Shown here: piece by piece, positions 1 to 15,102 of the stretch
How the letters are laid out: every line of letters begins with the position of its first letter
Numbering within the stretch: the first letter of the stretch is position 1
Source of the DNA: the human T2T-CHM13v2.0 reference genome, Homo sapiens
Length of the DNA: 64,000 nt
NCBI RefSeq assembly: GCF_009914755.1
Contig: NC_060934.1
Reading direction: 5' to 3' (one strand)
Made by a program: the position numbers and the translations under genes
The notes under the pieces: model-generated
Databases searched by the model: none
What the model saw: only the letters and a program-made list of their open reading frames with translations
What the model was told of the DNA's origin: nothing

Positions 1-634
1 TATTTGCAACATATAACAGGAAGTGTTTAGGATATGCAAGTAAATAAAAGTTGATAATGAAAACGGATAATATAAGAGCAGGCTATTACCAAGAGAGAAA
101 GAAATGTCTGATGAACAGACAAGGATGATTAGAAATCAGTAATACAAATGAAAATCAGATTTCATTTCACAGCTGTCATGTTGATAAAAATTTAGGAGAC
201 TACATATTGTCATTGATTCAAAATGTTTCTCAAGGTAAGCTTTTTGTGGTGTGTTTTCAGCTATTAAACGAATCGTGATTGGGCCTCTTTTTAAAACGTT
301 TCTGACAACATGATTCAAATTGATATTATTTATTGCTCTTTGACTTGTTTATCTTACCTTAAATTCAGCAAAAGCGATTTTGACTAGCAAACTGATGCTT
401 TAGATTGTATGCTCCCAAGAGTCTGATTCTAGTTGTTGTATTAAGAATAGTGTACCTTTTTGCTTTCACTGCTATTAAATCTTGGTGATTAAGGAAGAGA
501 GTGCCCTGTATTACTGTGAGTTTTATAATTTTGGACAGATGACTCACTTCTCATAACATCATATTGGATGTTTCTTTTACGATTTCTTCTTCTTATACTT
601 CTAAAATGTACCTGTTTTAATGTTTTTCCCTTAG
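1..634 (+). other. HELLS: 3' part of the last HELLS intron
   Basis: AT-rich non-coding sequence ending in a polypyrimidine tract and AG just before the coding exon. Confidence 0.8.
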
Positions 635-729
635 ATCAAATGAATGCTTCAGGACCAATTAAAGAGAAGATGGGGATATTCAAGATATTAGAAAATTCTG
701 AAGATTCCAGTCCTGAATGTTTGTTTTAA
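635..729 (+). CDS. HELLS: Terminal coding exon of HELLS (lymphoid-specific helicase, LSH/SMARCA6), C-terminal ~31 aa
   Basis: Polypyrimidine tract and acceptor (tgtttttcccttAG, AG at 633-634), phase 1. Translates (G)AT CAA ATG... = [34 protein letters not shown] at 727-729. Peptide recognised as the human HELLS C-terminus. Upstream exons lie outside the window. Confidence 0.9.
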
Positions 730-1215
730 AGTGGAGCTCAAGAATAGCTTTTAAAAGTTCTTATTTACATCTAGTGATTTCCCTGTATTGGGTTTGAAAT
801 ACTGATTGTCCACTTCACCTTTTTTATTATATCAGTTGACATGTAACTAGTACCATGCGTACTTAAATAGATGGTAATTTTCTGAGCCTTACCAAGAACA
901 AAGAAGTATCCATATTAAGTTTAGATTTTCAGTTAATTTTTGAGACTGAGTAGTATTCTTGGATACAGGCTGATGTGTACTTAACCACTTCCAGATTTAT
1001 ACAGTCTTCCTGTGGAAGTTTAGTAAATGTCTTTTTCCCTCCTTTCTTCTAGTAATGCAGTTCATGGGCTTTAGGTACTTCAGTTATGAAGTAGGCTTTT
1101 CATGGGGAGAGATTGGGATTATGCTCTCTGTTGTTTAAGAAACTGTTTGATTTTAGAGTCTATTTCTATGAGATAGTTTACCAAATAAATGTTCCTTATA
1201 AGATGATCTCATTAA
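730..1215 (+). other. HELLS: HELLS 3' UTR (proximal form; end approximate)
   Basis: Follows the stop codon. AATAAA at 1184-1189, ATTAAA at 1211-1216, downstream U/GU-rich tract near 1279-1300. Confidence 0.7.
1184..1189 (+). terminator. Polyadenylation signal AATAAA (HELLS proximal poly(A) site)
   Basis: First canonical hexamer after the stop codon, followed by U/GU-rich sequence. Confidence 0.7.
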
Positions 1216-1762
1216 ATTATTTCTTCAGGAATAGCTTAGGTGCAATAATAGCAAAAGACTTGGCTGTCGGTAGGATTTGGTTATTTTGTTTTCTTGGTTT
1301 CATTCACTAGTACTATAGGAGTGTGTCATATAGAGATTTCAAGTGGACATTGTGTTAGCACAAGAGAAGTTTCTGAATGAAACTTTAGGGTCTTGAGAAA
1401 CGACTAGAAATTGGAAATGGTAGTGTATCATGCAAAACAAGACAGACCCTGAAAATTTATAGTAGTGGGTTAACTAGAACCAAATATAAGAGAATAGGCC
1501 TTAGGAATATGTAAGTAATGCACAATCTGTAATAGAACAGCATAAAGGCCAAAAGAGGCACAATTTAGACCCTGTGTGAAAGGATATCAGACAATGAGGA
1601 AGAGAAATCCTGAATGTACCCTGGAGAGGGGACATACTCCATAAGCCATACATTTCTGTGTTAGTGTTTATTTCATGGAAAAATATTGCTGTTGCCATGT
1701 ATATTCAAATGCAGATCAGATGATCTGTTAAGGATAATGGAACCGTCACTTAAGAAAAACTT

Positions 1763-1873
1763 AATTTTTTTTCCCTGTGTCCTATTGGCACAGGTCTTTT
1801 CTTTTAAATTTTTATTTTAATCGTTTTGAGGTACAGGTGGGTTTTGGTTACATGGATAAGTTCTTTGGTGGTG
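1763..1873 (-). mobile_element. Very short 5'-truncated L1 3' end (L1PB/L1MA-like) with TSD
   Basis: gtacaggtgggttttggttacatggataagttctttggtggtga matches an old L1 3' end in antisense. Identical 11-bp direct repeats aagaaaaactt at 1752-1762 and 1874-1884. Confidence 0.65.
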
Positions 1874-2049
1874 AAGAAAAACTTCAGATAGAACATTTGG
1901 TTAAATAAAAGACTATAGAGCAGGTTTATTTGTTTTTTAAGTCAAAATGTTAACCCATTACATAAGCATGCTGACCTAGGCTTGCTTGAAACTCGTGATC
2001 TTGTCCTTAGTGACCCAGTCTTTCCTGTTACATTGTCCTAAATGACTGG

Positions 2050-3231
<1,182 letters not shown>

Positions 3232-3526
3232 TTTTTTTTTTTTTTTTTTTATAAACAGTTTCACTTCGTCACCTGGGCTGAAGTACAGTGGTGTGATCTT
3301 GGCTCACTGCAACATCTGCCCCCCGGGTTTAAGTGATTCTCATTCCTTGGCCTCCCGAGTAGCTGGGACTAGAAGTGTGCGCCACCACACCTGGCTAATT
3401 TTCTTATTTTTAGTAGAAACGTGGTTTCACCATGTTGGCCAGGCTGGTCTCGAACTCCTCACCTCAACTGATCATCTGCCTCGGACTAAGTGCTGCGATT
3501 ACAGGCCTGAGCCAATGCGCCCAGCC
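3232..3526 (-). mobile_element. AluS, tandem with the preceding Alu
   Basis: T-tract followed by antisense Alu dimer. Confidence 0.9.
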
Positions 3527-3578
3527 TACTTTCTATAAAAGTCGTCATGTCTCTGCCCCCACCCCCCGCCACCCCCCA

Positions 3579-3677
3579 CATAGTCTGTTTCATTTGATTT
3601 TCCCCTTAGTTTAGTGTTTTATTTTGATGTTTCTTCAGATGCCTTGGGATCATTTACTGTTCCTCATATTTAAGAGC
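3579..3677. repeat. Dispersed ~100-bp direct duplication, copy 1 (copy 2 at 5801-5912)
   Basis: 28-nt exact core atgccttgggatcatttactgttcctca at 3639-3666 and 5874-5901, with alignable flanks. Confidence 0.85.
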
Positions 3678-4194
3678 AAATGCTTAAAAATTCTTAGAAA
3701 TACCTTCTTGAAAAGCCTGCATTCCTACCACCTCTCACCACTTCAACATGAAATAATGATCCCTTACATCTTTTTAGTGTAGTTATATAACTTTTGATTG
3801 GCTCAATAATTACTTTTATTATGGCTGTGTAAGTATTATTAAAGCTTTAGATAAGCCATGGAATATGCTGTGATTTTATTTTCATTCTTGTGCAGCTTTT
3901 TTTTTCTCCCTGAAGTTAATACTTAACTGTTTTTTACCTACCAGTAATTTATATCTAATCACTCTGGAAATATAAGCCCCTCAGTATATTAAAACAGATC
4001 TCATGATTCAGTAATAAACCTCCCCCTCCAAATATATCCCATCACCTCTACTCCCTGGAACATTCTTCTAGTTTGGACTGTAGAACTGATTCCATCTGGA
4101 ACCTTCCTTTACCATACTCCTGGGTATTCCTGTTGGCTGTTTCATGTTTTGGAATTACTGTTTACTGTGTCTTGTGTCTCCCCCCCCCCCCCCC

Positions 4195-4490
<296 letters not shown>

Positions 4491-4752
4491 TGGATCTAAC
4501 TTTTTTTCCTCCTTGGTTTACTCGCTCACTTTGATGGATTATGTTGTCTTGTGTTTTCCCAAGAAAAGAATTCAAGGGAAATGAATTTTTTGAGAACTCG
4601 CATATCTGGCTGTATTTTTGTTGGATTCTTATATTTGATGGATAGTTCTGGTTTGGGATTTTAGAGTAGGAATTATTATCTTCTCAGAATTTCGAAAGTT
4701 GTTGTGTTGTCTCAGAACTTCCAGTGTTGTGGGAGAGAAAATTAATGGTTCC

Positions 4753-5040
4753 TTTTTTTTTTTTTTTTTTTTGAGACAGGGTCTCATTCTGTCACCTAGG
4801 CATGAATACAGCTCACTGCAGCCTTGACCTCCCGGGCTCAAGTGATCCTCCTGCCTCAGCCACCAATTTAGTTTGGACCACAGCCATGCACCAAATGCCC
4901 TGCTAAATTTTTAATTTTTTGTGGAGACAGGGTCTCACCATGTTGCCCAGGCTGGTCCTGAACTCCTGGGCTCCAGCAATTCCCCCCGGCTTGGCCTCCC
5001 AAAGGGCTGGGATTACAGGTGTGAGCTCCTGCACCTGGCC
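4753..5040 (-). mobile_element. AluJ
   Basis: gagacagggtctc, ctcaagtgatcctcctgcc and aactcctgggctc J-type diagnostics. Confidence 0.85.
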
Positions 5041-5170
5041 CGAATGCTGCTTTGATTTCCAGTCTGTTGAAGGTGGGGGGAACCAGCCTTTTGTTAATGT
5101 GAGCTTCCAGTGTTTCTTTGTCTTTTGTATTCTAAATTAATAACACAGTGATGTGTCTTGGTATGGGTCT

Positions 5171-5310
5171 TTTTTTTTTTTCTTTTTTTTTTTCATTTTT
5201 AAAGAGACTCCTGCTATGTTGCACAGACTTGTGAATTCCTGGTTTCAAGTTATCTTTCCCCCTATGTCACTCAAGTAATGTGGACTACACTCATGTGACA
5301 CCATGCCCAT
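5171..5310 (-). mobile_element. Degenerate Alu monomer (FLAM/FRAM-like)
   Basis: T-tract then ctgctatgttgcacagact...cctggtttcaagttatc...ggactaca...caccatgccc. Confidence 0.55.
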
Positions 5311-5456
5311 CTTTATGTTGTGTATCTTATTTTTGTTTTGTTTTACTCTTGAATCAGCTCAGTCTGAAAATCTGTCTTTTAATTCATGGGGATTTTTTAG
5401 AATGATTTCTTGGAGGGTTTTGTCTTTTGAATGTGTGGTCCCTTCTCTGCCTAGAA

Positions 5457-5757
<301 letters not shown>

Positions 5758-5800
5758 ACTTCTGCCTAGAACTCGTAACAAAATTTCTTTCCCCCATCTG

Positions 5801-5912
5801 CATAGTCTTGTTTCATTAAATGATTCTTCCCTTTTTAAAGTTTAGTCTGTCTTTTATTTTGATGCTTCTTCAAATGCCTTGGGATCATTTACTGTTCCTC
5901 AAATTTAAGAGC
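5801..5912. repeat. Dispersed ~100-bp direct duplication, copy 2
   Basis: Aligns to 3579-3677. Confidence 0.85.
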
Positions 5913-6828
5913 TAGAAGAAATCTCTCTAAGCTCCATGCATGAGGGTTCTCAACAGGTGGATTTTACTCCAGTGTGATTTCACTAGACCATTTATTTGAG
6001 GGTCACCCAATTGTCAGTATATGTATATGAGAGAGAATATGTACATATATATCTGAGAGAAATTCTCTAATCACTTGTCCTGTGTGAGTATATGTACTTT
6101 GCCAGTTTTCTTTTGGGGTGAGGAGGAGGGACAGTGTATTAGAGATTTTACTGTTCAAAATGTAGACTTCCTCAGTTTTCAGTAAAATACTCTACCCTGT
6201 CTATATGTGGATTCCCCTATTCCAGACTGATTCACCCTTTTCAGTGAGTTAGTCGTGACATTTCTTACACTGTGAGGGGGAGTGGTAATTACTTTACAGG
6301 GAGGTATGGGGCCATGGTGTTTGACTCTTCTTTCAACCACTTCTGGGTTTTTTAGTGAAAACCTCTATCTAACACTGATACTTTCATTTCTGTTGTCTAT
6401 TGAGTCAGTTAACACTGATCCATTTATTTTTCAGTTCCCAAAATCTTGCTTTGCCATTGCTTCTATTTTATTGTCTGGGGGTGTTTAACACCTGTTTCAT
6501 TTTTTACAGTCATTTAGTTTCCAGATTTTAGTAAGGGACAGAGGGGAATAGATGGACTCATTTCATGATGTAGAAACAAATACTCCCTGTCTTGTCTTAC
6601 ATGAAAAATTATTCTTAAACTAGGCCTTGTCTTTGAGAACCTGATCAAAGTATAAAAAATACTTTTTGGCTTTATTTCTTTAGTGAGTCACTATTCCATA
6701 TTTTGAAGGTGTTAAGAGGTATGGTAAAGGTGGTACTTGAACATTTCCAAGCAAACGTGTGATGAAATCTTTCATCAATGTCTTAGCAATGGTATATGAT
6801 TTTTTTAGTCTTAGCAATTTTAGATAAG

Positions 6829-7131
6829 TTTTTTTTTTGTCTTGTTTTTTTGAGACGGAGTCTTGCTCTGTCGCCTAGGCTACAGTGTAGTGGCGTGATC
6901 TCGGCTCACTGCAGCCTCTGCCTCCGAGCGGGGTCCAGCGATTCTCCTGCATCAGCCTCCTGGGTAGTTGGGATTACAGGTGCATGCCACCACACCCAAC
7001 TGATTTTTGTATTTTTAGTAGAGACAGGGTTTCACCATCTTGGCCTGACTGGTCCCGAACTGATCTCAGGTGATCTGCCCACCTCGGCCTCCCAAAGTGC
7101 TGGGATTACAAGCGTGAGCCACTGCGTGGCC
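6829..7131 (-). mobile_element. AluSx-like
   Basis: Antisense dimer, ctcaggtgatctgcccacctcggcc. Confidence 0.9.
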
Positions 7132-7744
7132 TGAGGTAAGATTTTATAAGAAGCCTACAAAGCCCTAATTTTTACATTAAGAACATTAAGTGCTTCTGAT
7201 AGTTTTAAGTTCCGTAGTCTTTATTTCAAAGAATTATTTCATTCTGAATTTCTATTTAAATTAGTCTAGAATATGTTTATAAATTTATTTACATTTGGTT
7301 GAAATGTATTCTTAAAACTTATTCCACAGTTTCCAGTTTGAGGATAAATGAGGTCTAAAGACAGTATGAACTTGTTAATAATTTTTCCTATTGTCCTTTT
7401 TAGAAATCTTACATATCCTTTAGCCTAATTATAGATTGGCCCTGCAAGCATGTCACTGTATCTTTTATGTCTTCCTGAGTCTTAGCACTTTAAATTCTTC
7501 TATATCCTTCACTGTCTTTCTTACAGCACCCTAAAAGAGTAGCATGTGAACTGTTGCTCTTCTCTAAGGTATTTTAGGACATTTTTAAAATAATATATGA
7601 GTGGTTGTCATGCTAAATACTGTCTACCACAACTCATACAATTAAAGTGGTCAAAGAAAGGTCTCTTTCATTTCTTTTTTCATTTTAAAAAGAAATGTTA
7701 TTTGTAAAACAGTATAGTCATAACACAGATATGGCAGTTTTTTA

Positions 7745-8045
7745 GTTTTTTTTTTTCTTTTTCTTCACTGTGTCATCCAGGCAGTAGCGTGATTATAATT
7801 CACTGCAGCCTCCAACTCCTGGGCTTGAGGGATCCTCTCACTGAGCCTTCTGAGCAGCTGGGACTGCAAACGTGTGCCAGTACTCCTGGCTAATTTTTAA
7901 ATTTTTTTGTAGAATTGAGGTGTTTTTTTAAATTTTTTTAAAGCCTTGTTTGCAAACTGTTGCAACTTCTGGCGGCTGCAACTTCTGGCCTCAAGCAATC
8001 TTCCTGTCTTGGCCTCCCAATAGCATAAGCTACCGCACCCAGCCC
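7745..8045 (-). mobile_element. AluJ (degenerate)
   Basis: cactgcagcctccaactcctgggcttgag... antisense dimer. Confidence 0.75.
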
Positions 8046-8116
8046 ACAATTTTCTTTCAGTACAATATAAACATCTTGCAAGCGCTAGCTTGATTTACAC
8101 TTTTTGTCTGTATCCA

Positions 8117-8430
<314 letters not shown>

Positions 8431-9422
8431 TATATATCCACCACTTTACCATCCACATTAGCATTTCATTAGCTTCTCTTTGCCCTTTTAGTTAATAACC
8501 CCATCTCAGGGTGATTCACTTTCATAATCCGTATTACCATGGATTAATTCTGCATAGCAAAAACTATGATAGGTGTGTTAAGTAATGAAGTTTGGGGAAT
8601 GTTAATAAGATGATTTCTCTTACTGTAGATGAAATACATCGTAAGAGAATCCCTCGTGAGACCAGATCAGTTACATGTATATCTTGCCTCTCTTAAGTCT
8701 CTACCATTTATTACTGTACTTGAGTTAGGATTTGGAAGTGCCACTGAACACTAAAATTATTCTGTCTGGGTATTTGAATGGTGTGAGACAAAAATCCATT
8801 TTAATGTTTTATCAAGTTGAGATGTCTCACATGAGTAGTTAGTGCTGAGAATCAGACACAGGCACATTTGGGAGCATGGCGTGGCAAGAAGCTTTGCTTT
8901 TTCCTGTTCCTATTGTACTCAAACTTGTTTCTACATTTTTCATTGATTTCTCTTCGTACTAGCACTAGGGCGCAAGAGAAGCCGTACTGGAATATTACAC
9001 TACTCAGCACAAGACAGGTTTAATCTTTTTCTTGGGGGACAAGATTGGAAAATTGAGGTCTGAGCAGACCTGAAGAGAGGCATCCAGCAACTCTGAGATT
9101 AAATTCATCATTGATCAATTCGTTATTGTTTGGAATTGACGTTTAGCTGTGTTCCTCACTCAGATACGTGCATGATAGCTGCTTGCTAATTTGGTCTTAG
9201 CTCACATTTCACCTAGAATGTATGGTCTCCCTCTCCCCTGCAAAATATCCCACTGTTGCTAATCTGTCTGCCTCATAATTTCCATGAGATTGAGCATCTT
9301 GTTTGTTTTGTCACCACTATATAACAGCATGTTGGAAACAAAGCAGTAATAAAGCTAGAAAAACCAAGCGAATACACTGGATTAAAAAAAATACTGTTTC
9401 CTAGAATTAAAGAAATAAATGA

Positions 9423-9558
9423 GGCCGGGCGCAGTGGTGCCTGTAATCCCAGCAGTTTGGGAGGCTGAGGCTAGTGGATCATGTGGCCGAGATCGCGTCA
9501 CTGCACTCCAGTCTAGCAACAGAGCGATACCTTGTTTCTTACTTAAAAAAAAAAAAAG
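9423..9558 (+). mobile_element. Monomer-length Alu (left-arm 5' part joined to right-arm 3' part)
   Basis: ggccgggcgcagtgg...gtggatca joined directly to gccgagatcgcgtcactgcactccag, then A-tail. Confidence 0.75.
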
Positions 9559-9699
9559 ACCTCATTTGTTAACTGTTAAACAGAAAACAAGAAATTCCCT
9601 ATACCTGTATGCATTATAGAGCAAATAAGAGCATCAAAAACAATCTTAGAAATCTTTCAGAGAAAGGTCACCTACAAAGGAACATTGATCAGATAATAG

Positions 9700-10000
<301 letters not shown>

Positions 10001-11261
10001 GATAACAGATGTTTTAATAGTAAGATAAAAAGTAAAATTTCCAGTGTGTCGAAGGAAGAAAATTACAGCCTAGAATTTTATCTTCATGTACATTATTTAA
10101 GTGTGAGGGAATAGTTTCAGTGACATTATGTCATTGAAGACCTTAGAAGATTTCCCTCGCTAAAGGAGATAAAGCGACTGGCACAACATGTATTTCTCTG
10201 AGTAATTAGAAGTGTTCTTTTCTGGCTGTACTGAAGGGACTTTCATGATTTCTTCGTTTTTGTACTCTTAGTTTTATAATATTGCATAGTAGCTAAGGCC
10301 TGGCTGTAGCAGTTATAAACTGTTCTGCAAGTGCGGGAAGTAATAGTTATTCCTATCTCAAGGATGTGGGGTTTAAATGGGTTAGTGCACAAAAGGACAT
10401 TTATTAAATTTAGTCATAATCATCTCAAGGACATGGTAAGTGAAAGAGTGTACATAAAGTACTTAATGTAATGTTTGCTACTTAATGTTCAATAACTCAA
10501 AGAGACCACCACCACTACTACATTTTACTTTTATTAGTAATTAATAATAATTAATAATTAGTAATTCAGTGGTAATTAGTATACTACCAAAGAAAGTACT
10601 TGAGCAGAAGAGCCAAAATTCAAACCATAGAATCATTTTACTGTGCTTTTATTCTACCTCAAACACTAATCTCCAGGCCTTGGATAAAGGGATTATTTCT
10701 CTGAAGGGGAAAGTTATCCTCTTTTTGCCCAAGTCACACTTGTGTCATTTCTTATACTGTAAACATGTGGTTCCAATTCTGAGGTATTTTCCCGGTTTGT
10801 AGGACCCAAAAAGAAGTTAGGCTTGAGAAATTTTAAGTGAAGAGAACAATTCTAGTTCAGAGTGATTGGCTCTTCCTAAAAGCTGACATTTGACTGAAAA
10901 TTTTGAGGGGAGGGAAAGAAACAATACCTTTTACGGCATGTAATAGGAAGAAGACCTGGATTTTAGTTGCTGCTCTGATGTCCCAACTTGGGTAAGGCAA
11001 CATAACATAAATGTCAGTTTCTTCAGATTTGTGATGAAGCTGATAATCCATGCTCAGCTTCCTTTATGGGTCTCTTGCCTATCAAATAAGGTACAGTATG
11101 TGAAGATACATTGCAGATTATCTTATGCATTGCTTCAGGGGATGATTAAACCATCCTTTATTATAGCCAGAGTCTAGTCTAAGGGAAGAAGGTCATTCTC
11201 TATACCAGTGAAGGCTCCATCCAAACCAGTGTTTGGGGGCATAGTCATAATTGAAAAATGA

Positions 11262-11395
11262 TTGTTTTCCTTATCTGTAAGACAGGTAAATGGTATTAAT
11301 CCTCAGGTGGTTGTGAGGATTAAGTGATACATGTAAAAAAAAGAAAGCTTTGGATAGTACCTATTATAAGAAACTCAGTGTTGCTGCAATGTATG
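11262..11395 (+). mobile_element. MIR core remnant
   Basis: ttttccttatctgtaa...ggttgtgaggattaagtgatacatgtaaa resembles the MIR core. Confidence 0.6.
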
Positions 11396-11489
11396 TATTA
11401 TAATGGATTTGAAATTTGCCCTAACCAAGAGTCACAGACAGAAAAAAGGAAGTTAATGTATCTCTTGATCACTATCAAGATGTGGTATT

Positions 11490-11625
11490 GAACCTTCAAG
11501 ATCCTTTTCAGGGAATATGTGAGATCAAAATTTTTATACTGGCACTATGATGTTATTTGCCTTTTCCTCATATTCACAAGTGAACAGTGGAGTTTTACAG
11601 AAGCTATATAATGTCATGACATCAC
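11490..11625. mobile_element. hAT-Charlie DNA transposon fragment
   Basis: gagatcaaaatttttatact...gatgttatttgcctttt...cagtggagttttacagaagcta resembles Charlie1-type sequence. Confidence 0.45.
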
Positions 11626-11751
11626 TGATGGGTAATAGAATGTGTGCTTGTATATTCCGAAACTTTCAGTTCCAATTTCTTCGATCAATGTAATCCTCAT
11701 AAGTAAAAGTTATTTGAGGACCTCAGACATTTTTAAAAATGTAAAGGGGGT

Positions 11752-12039
11752 GGGGTCAGGCTCAGTGGCTCATGCCTGTAATCCCAGCATTTTGGAAGGC
11801 CGAGGCGAACGGATCACTTGAGGCCAGGAGTTTGAAACTAGTCTGGTCAACATGGTGAAACCCCGTCTCCACTAAAACAAAAAGTTTTCTGGATGTGGTG
11901 GCACACATACCTGTAATCCCAGCTACTTTGGTGGCTGAGGCATGAGAATCACTTGAACCCAGAAGACAGGTTGCAGTGAGCCAAGATTGTGCCCCTGCAT
12001 TCTAGCCTGGGTGACAGTGAGACTGTCTCAAAAAATAAA
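11752..12039 (+). mobile_element. Alu (old S/Jb-like), sense
   Basis: Full dimer with A-tail. Confidence 0.9.
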
Positions 12040-12059
12040 GGTGTACAGGGATTGTATAT

Positions 12060-13075
12060 TTGACAACTTGGTATGTAGGATGTGCTACCTCTAATGTTCC
12101 ATGCTGTTACTTAGTTTTCACTCACTACTATATTTTGGAGATTTGTTCATATTGCTCTGTGTACATTTAATTCTTCAGTGTGTATCCACCACATTTAACT
12201 TATTCACTTACAGAACTATGCAAGAATTTCTCTGGTAAATTTCACTAAGTACTTATGTACTTTTCAGAACGATTGTGAGTTTACACCCCTACCAGCAGGA
12301 CTGAGTTGAGTACCCATTTCCTCACATCCTTGCCAGTACTTCATTTGCCTAATTTTTGCCATTCTCATAATGTGGCAATTGTTCAATTTTGCATTTCTTC
12401 CATTTTATTTTTTTGCATCTCTGCTTTTCTTTTGGTTAGCTTTGCCAGTTCTGCCTATTATATTAATCTCCCAGAATCAGCTTTTAGTTTTGTTAAATCT
12501 CTGACATGTTTCGTTGATTCCTGCTTTCATCTTAAACATTTCTTCGTTGTTAATTTGTGTTTGCTATAAAATAAGCAACATCTTAAATGCTTGATTTGCT
12601 TTCGATGTTTATTCTGTAATAAGATATTTAAAGATATAATTTTTTCCCTAAATGCTTTATTAGACTTTTCTCATAAGTTTTGACTGGTACTGTTTTCATT
12701 GTTATTTAATTTTGTGTTTTTTAACTTCTTTCATGATTTCCTTTTAACTGAAGGTTTTCTTAGATATTTAGTTTGCTGGTATATTCTTTTAAAATTGTAT
12801 CATTGCTTTCTTTCTATATTGGATTATTGTCAGAGAACATGATTTGCATGATATTAACTTTTTGGAGTATATTGTTGCATCTTTGTGGCCTAGTACATAG
12901 TTAATTTAGTGAATGCTTCCAGTTGTACTTGAAAAGAATGTATATTTTCTGATTATTGAGGGTAAATTTCTCTATATATGTTTTCCTGTTTAATAAATAT
13001 GTAGCTATGTGCTTATGTTTTGACTGCTCGGTTAATTATTTTTGAGAAATATATGTGTTAAAGACTCCATATTTC
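12060..13075 (-). mobile_element. Ancient L1M fragments
   Basis: T-rich antisense L1M-like motifs, e.g. gtggcctagtacatagttaatttagtgaatg...cttgaaaagaatgtatatt. Confidence 0.5.
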
Positions 13076-13703
13076 TGTACACAACTGATACCTGGTATTT
13101 GCTCATTTTAAGGTCTTTTTAGTAATGGGCGAAGTATAGAGAAAGTAGAGCTGGTTCATCCATCACTTGGGTCAAACCCTCCATCCTTAAACAGTTGCTC
13201 ATGTGCAGGTGGACGCATCATTGAAGCTTTTCTTTCTTTGGGCACCAGAGTCAGGGATAGATTCAGGCCCCAAAAGACCCCACGGTACTTCCTGGGCCCT
13301 TGGGCTCTGTCCTGAACTTCTGTGTCCTGAAATCCTGCTTGAGTCTTGAGTTGTGGGACTCAAGTCTCAGAGGTCCCCTCCCCAGACAACCTCCTGTTCT
13401 GACGTCATAGGAGACCATCACCCCCTCCAGCCCTCAATAAGTGCATTTTAAGTGTACAATTACATGAATTTTGACAGTTTTTTATAAGTTACTTGTAATT
13501 TTACTTATATATAAAATGTCTATAAGCTACCTATAATTTATACTTACATATGTATATATGTTTGTATAATGACTGGTAAAACCTAGATACAGATCATTTC
13601 TGTTATCTCCAGTTGTTTCCTTGTGTTATAGCCTAGTCAATCCCTGCCCCACCTCCAGCTTCAGGAGCAGCCACTGATGGGATTCTTTTCCCCCAGTATA
13701 GAT

Positions 13704-13898
13704 CAGTGATTCTCAGTTGGGTGATTTTGTCCTCCAGAGGACATTTGTCAAGATCAGGAGACATTTGGTTGTTAAAACTGTAGAGTGCTATTGTAATCCA
13801 GTGGGTAGATGCTGGAGATGCTAAACATAAAGCACAGGACAACCCCTTACAACAAAGAATGATGCAGTCCAACAGGATCGTTTGAGGTCACAGAAAGG
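13704..13898 (+). mobile_element. MER20 (hAT-Charlie MITE)
   Basis: cagtgattctca...gtgattttgtcctccagaggacatttg...gcacaggacaaccccttacaacaaagaat matches the recalled MER20 consensus. Confidence 0.8.
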
Positions 13899-14378
13899 TG
13901 TGAACAAAGGAGGTGGGAATCACGGAGGCCATCTTCAAGTCTGTTTGCCACATACCCCATTCTCTGTCTCCTTTCTTTCAGAGATTCTAACTTTAGATCT
14001 TTTGGATATATCCCACATGTTTCATTCACTACTTTAGTCTTCTCATTATTTTTTTTTCTCTGTGCTCAGTTTGAGATTTTTGACCTGTCTTGAGTTTTCT
14101 AGTCTCATATATAACGGAGTTATATAATCTTCCAGTTTGTTGGTAAAATCCATTCAGCGAGTTCTTAATTTCAGATGCTGCATTGTTGAGTTCCAGAATG
14201 CTTATTTAATTCCTTGTAATATTACCAGCTGAAATTGTTTATCTTTTAATTCCTTTCCCTCTTTTTTTAAACAACATATTAATCACGAGGGGTTGGTCTC
14301 TTCAATCCCATCAGGGTTATTGGGTTTGGGCTATGTTGAAATCTTGGTAAAACTTAGTTCACCTCTAGTTTATCTCTT

Positions 14379-14668
14379 TTTGTTTTTTTGAGACGGAGTC
14401 TCACTCTGTCGCCCAGGCTGGAGTGCAGTGGCGCGATCTTGGTTCACCGCAAGCTCCGCCTTCCGGGTTCATGCCATTCCGCGTCAGCCTCCCAAGTAGC
14501 TGGGACTACAGGCACCCGCCACCACGCCCGGCTAATGTTATGTATTTTTTAGTAGATGGGGGGTTTCACCGTGTTAGCCAGGATGGTCTTGATCTCCTGA
14601 CCTTGTGATCCGCCTGCCTCGGCCTCCCAAAGTACTGGGATTACAGGCGTGAGCCACCGTGCCCGGCC
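14379..14668 (-). mobile_element. AluY
   Basis: Y diagnostics (caagctccgcc, gccattc, gtgttagccaggatggtc); TSD tagtttat(c/g)tctt at 14366-14378 and 14669-14681. Confidence 0.92.
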
Positions 14669-15102
14669 TAGTTTATGTCTTCTATGAGCATGGTTCTCCT
14701 TGGCTTTTGATTTATAGTCTTGTGAGTCTCTGGCTCCTTATCCCTGAAGGACTAATTTAGTTTTGCCGTTTAGAGGTTTTGATCTAATTGGCTCTTGAGC
14801 CTCTGGTTCCCCTGCAGCTTCAAAATCTGGCAAGTGTCTTGAGGTGGAGGACTCTTAGTAGAATGTTGTTTTCTAAGTAATTTGAGATTATGGGAAATTT
14901 CACTCTTTTTAGAGGCCACCAGTCTACTCACCTTTTCATTTGTAGCCACAGAATTCAGCAAATGTCCTGTGGACAAAACTATATGTATTAGGGGTTTGTC
15001 AAAGTTTAAATGTGTCATGCCAGACTCAGAAGCAGCCAAAAACACTGCTGATCTTTTTTTCTCTTCTAGAGATCCTCTATGTGGACCAAGCCTGCCTGAT
15101 CT

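Noticed and set aside
3556-3577. C-rich tract as a - strand G-quadruplex
   Set aside because: Only three long G-runs plus a GG; common, with no supporting context.
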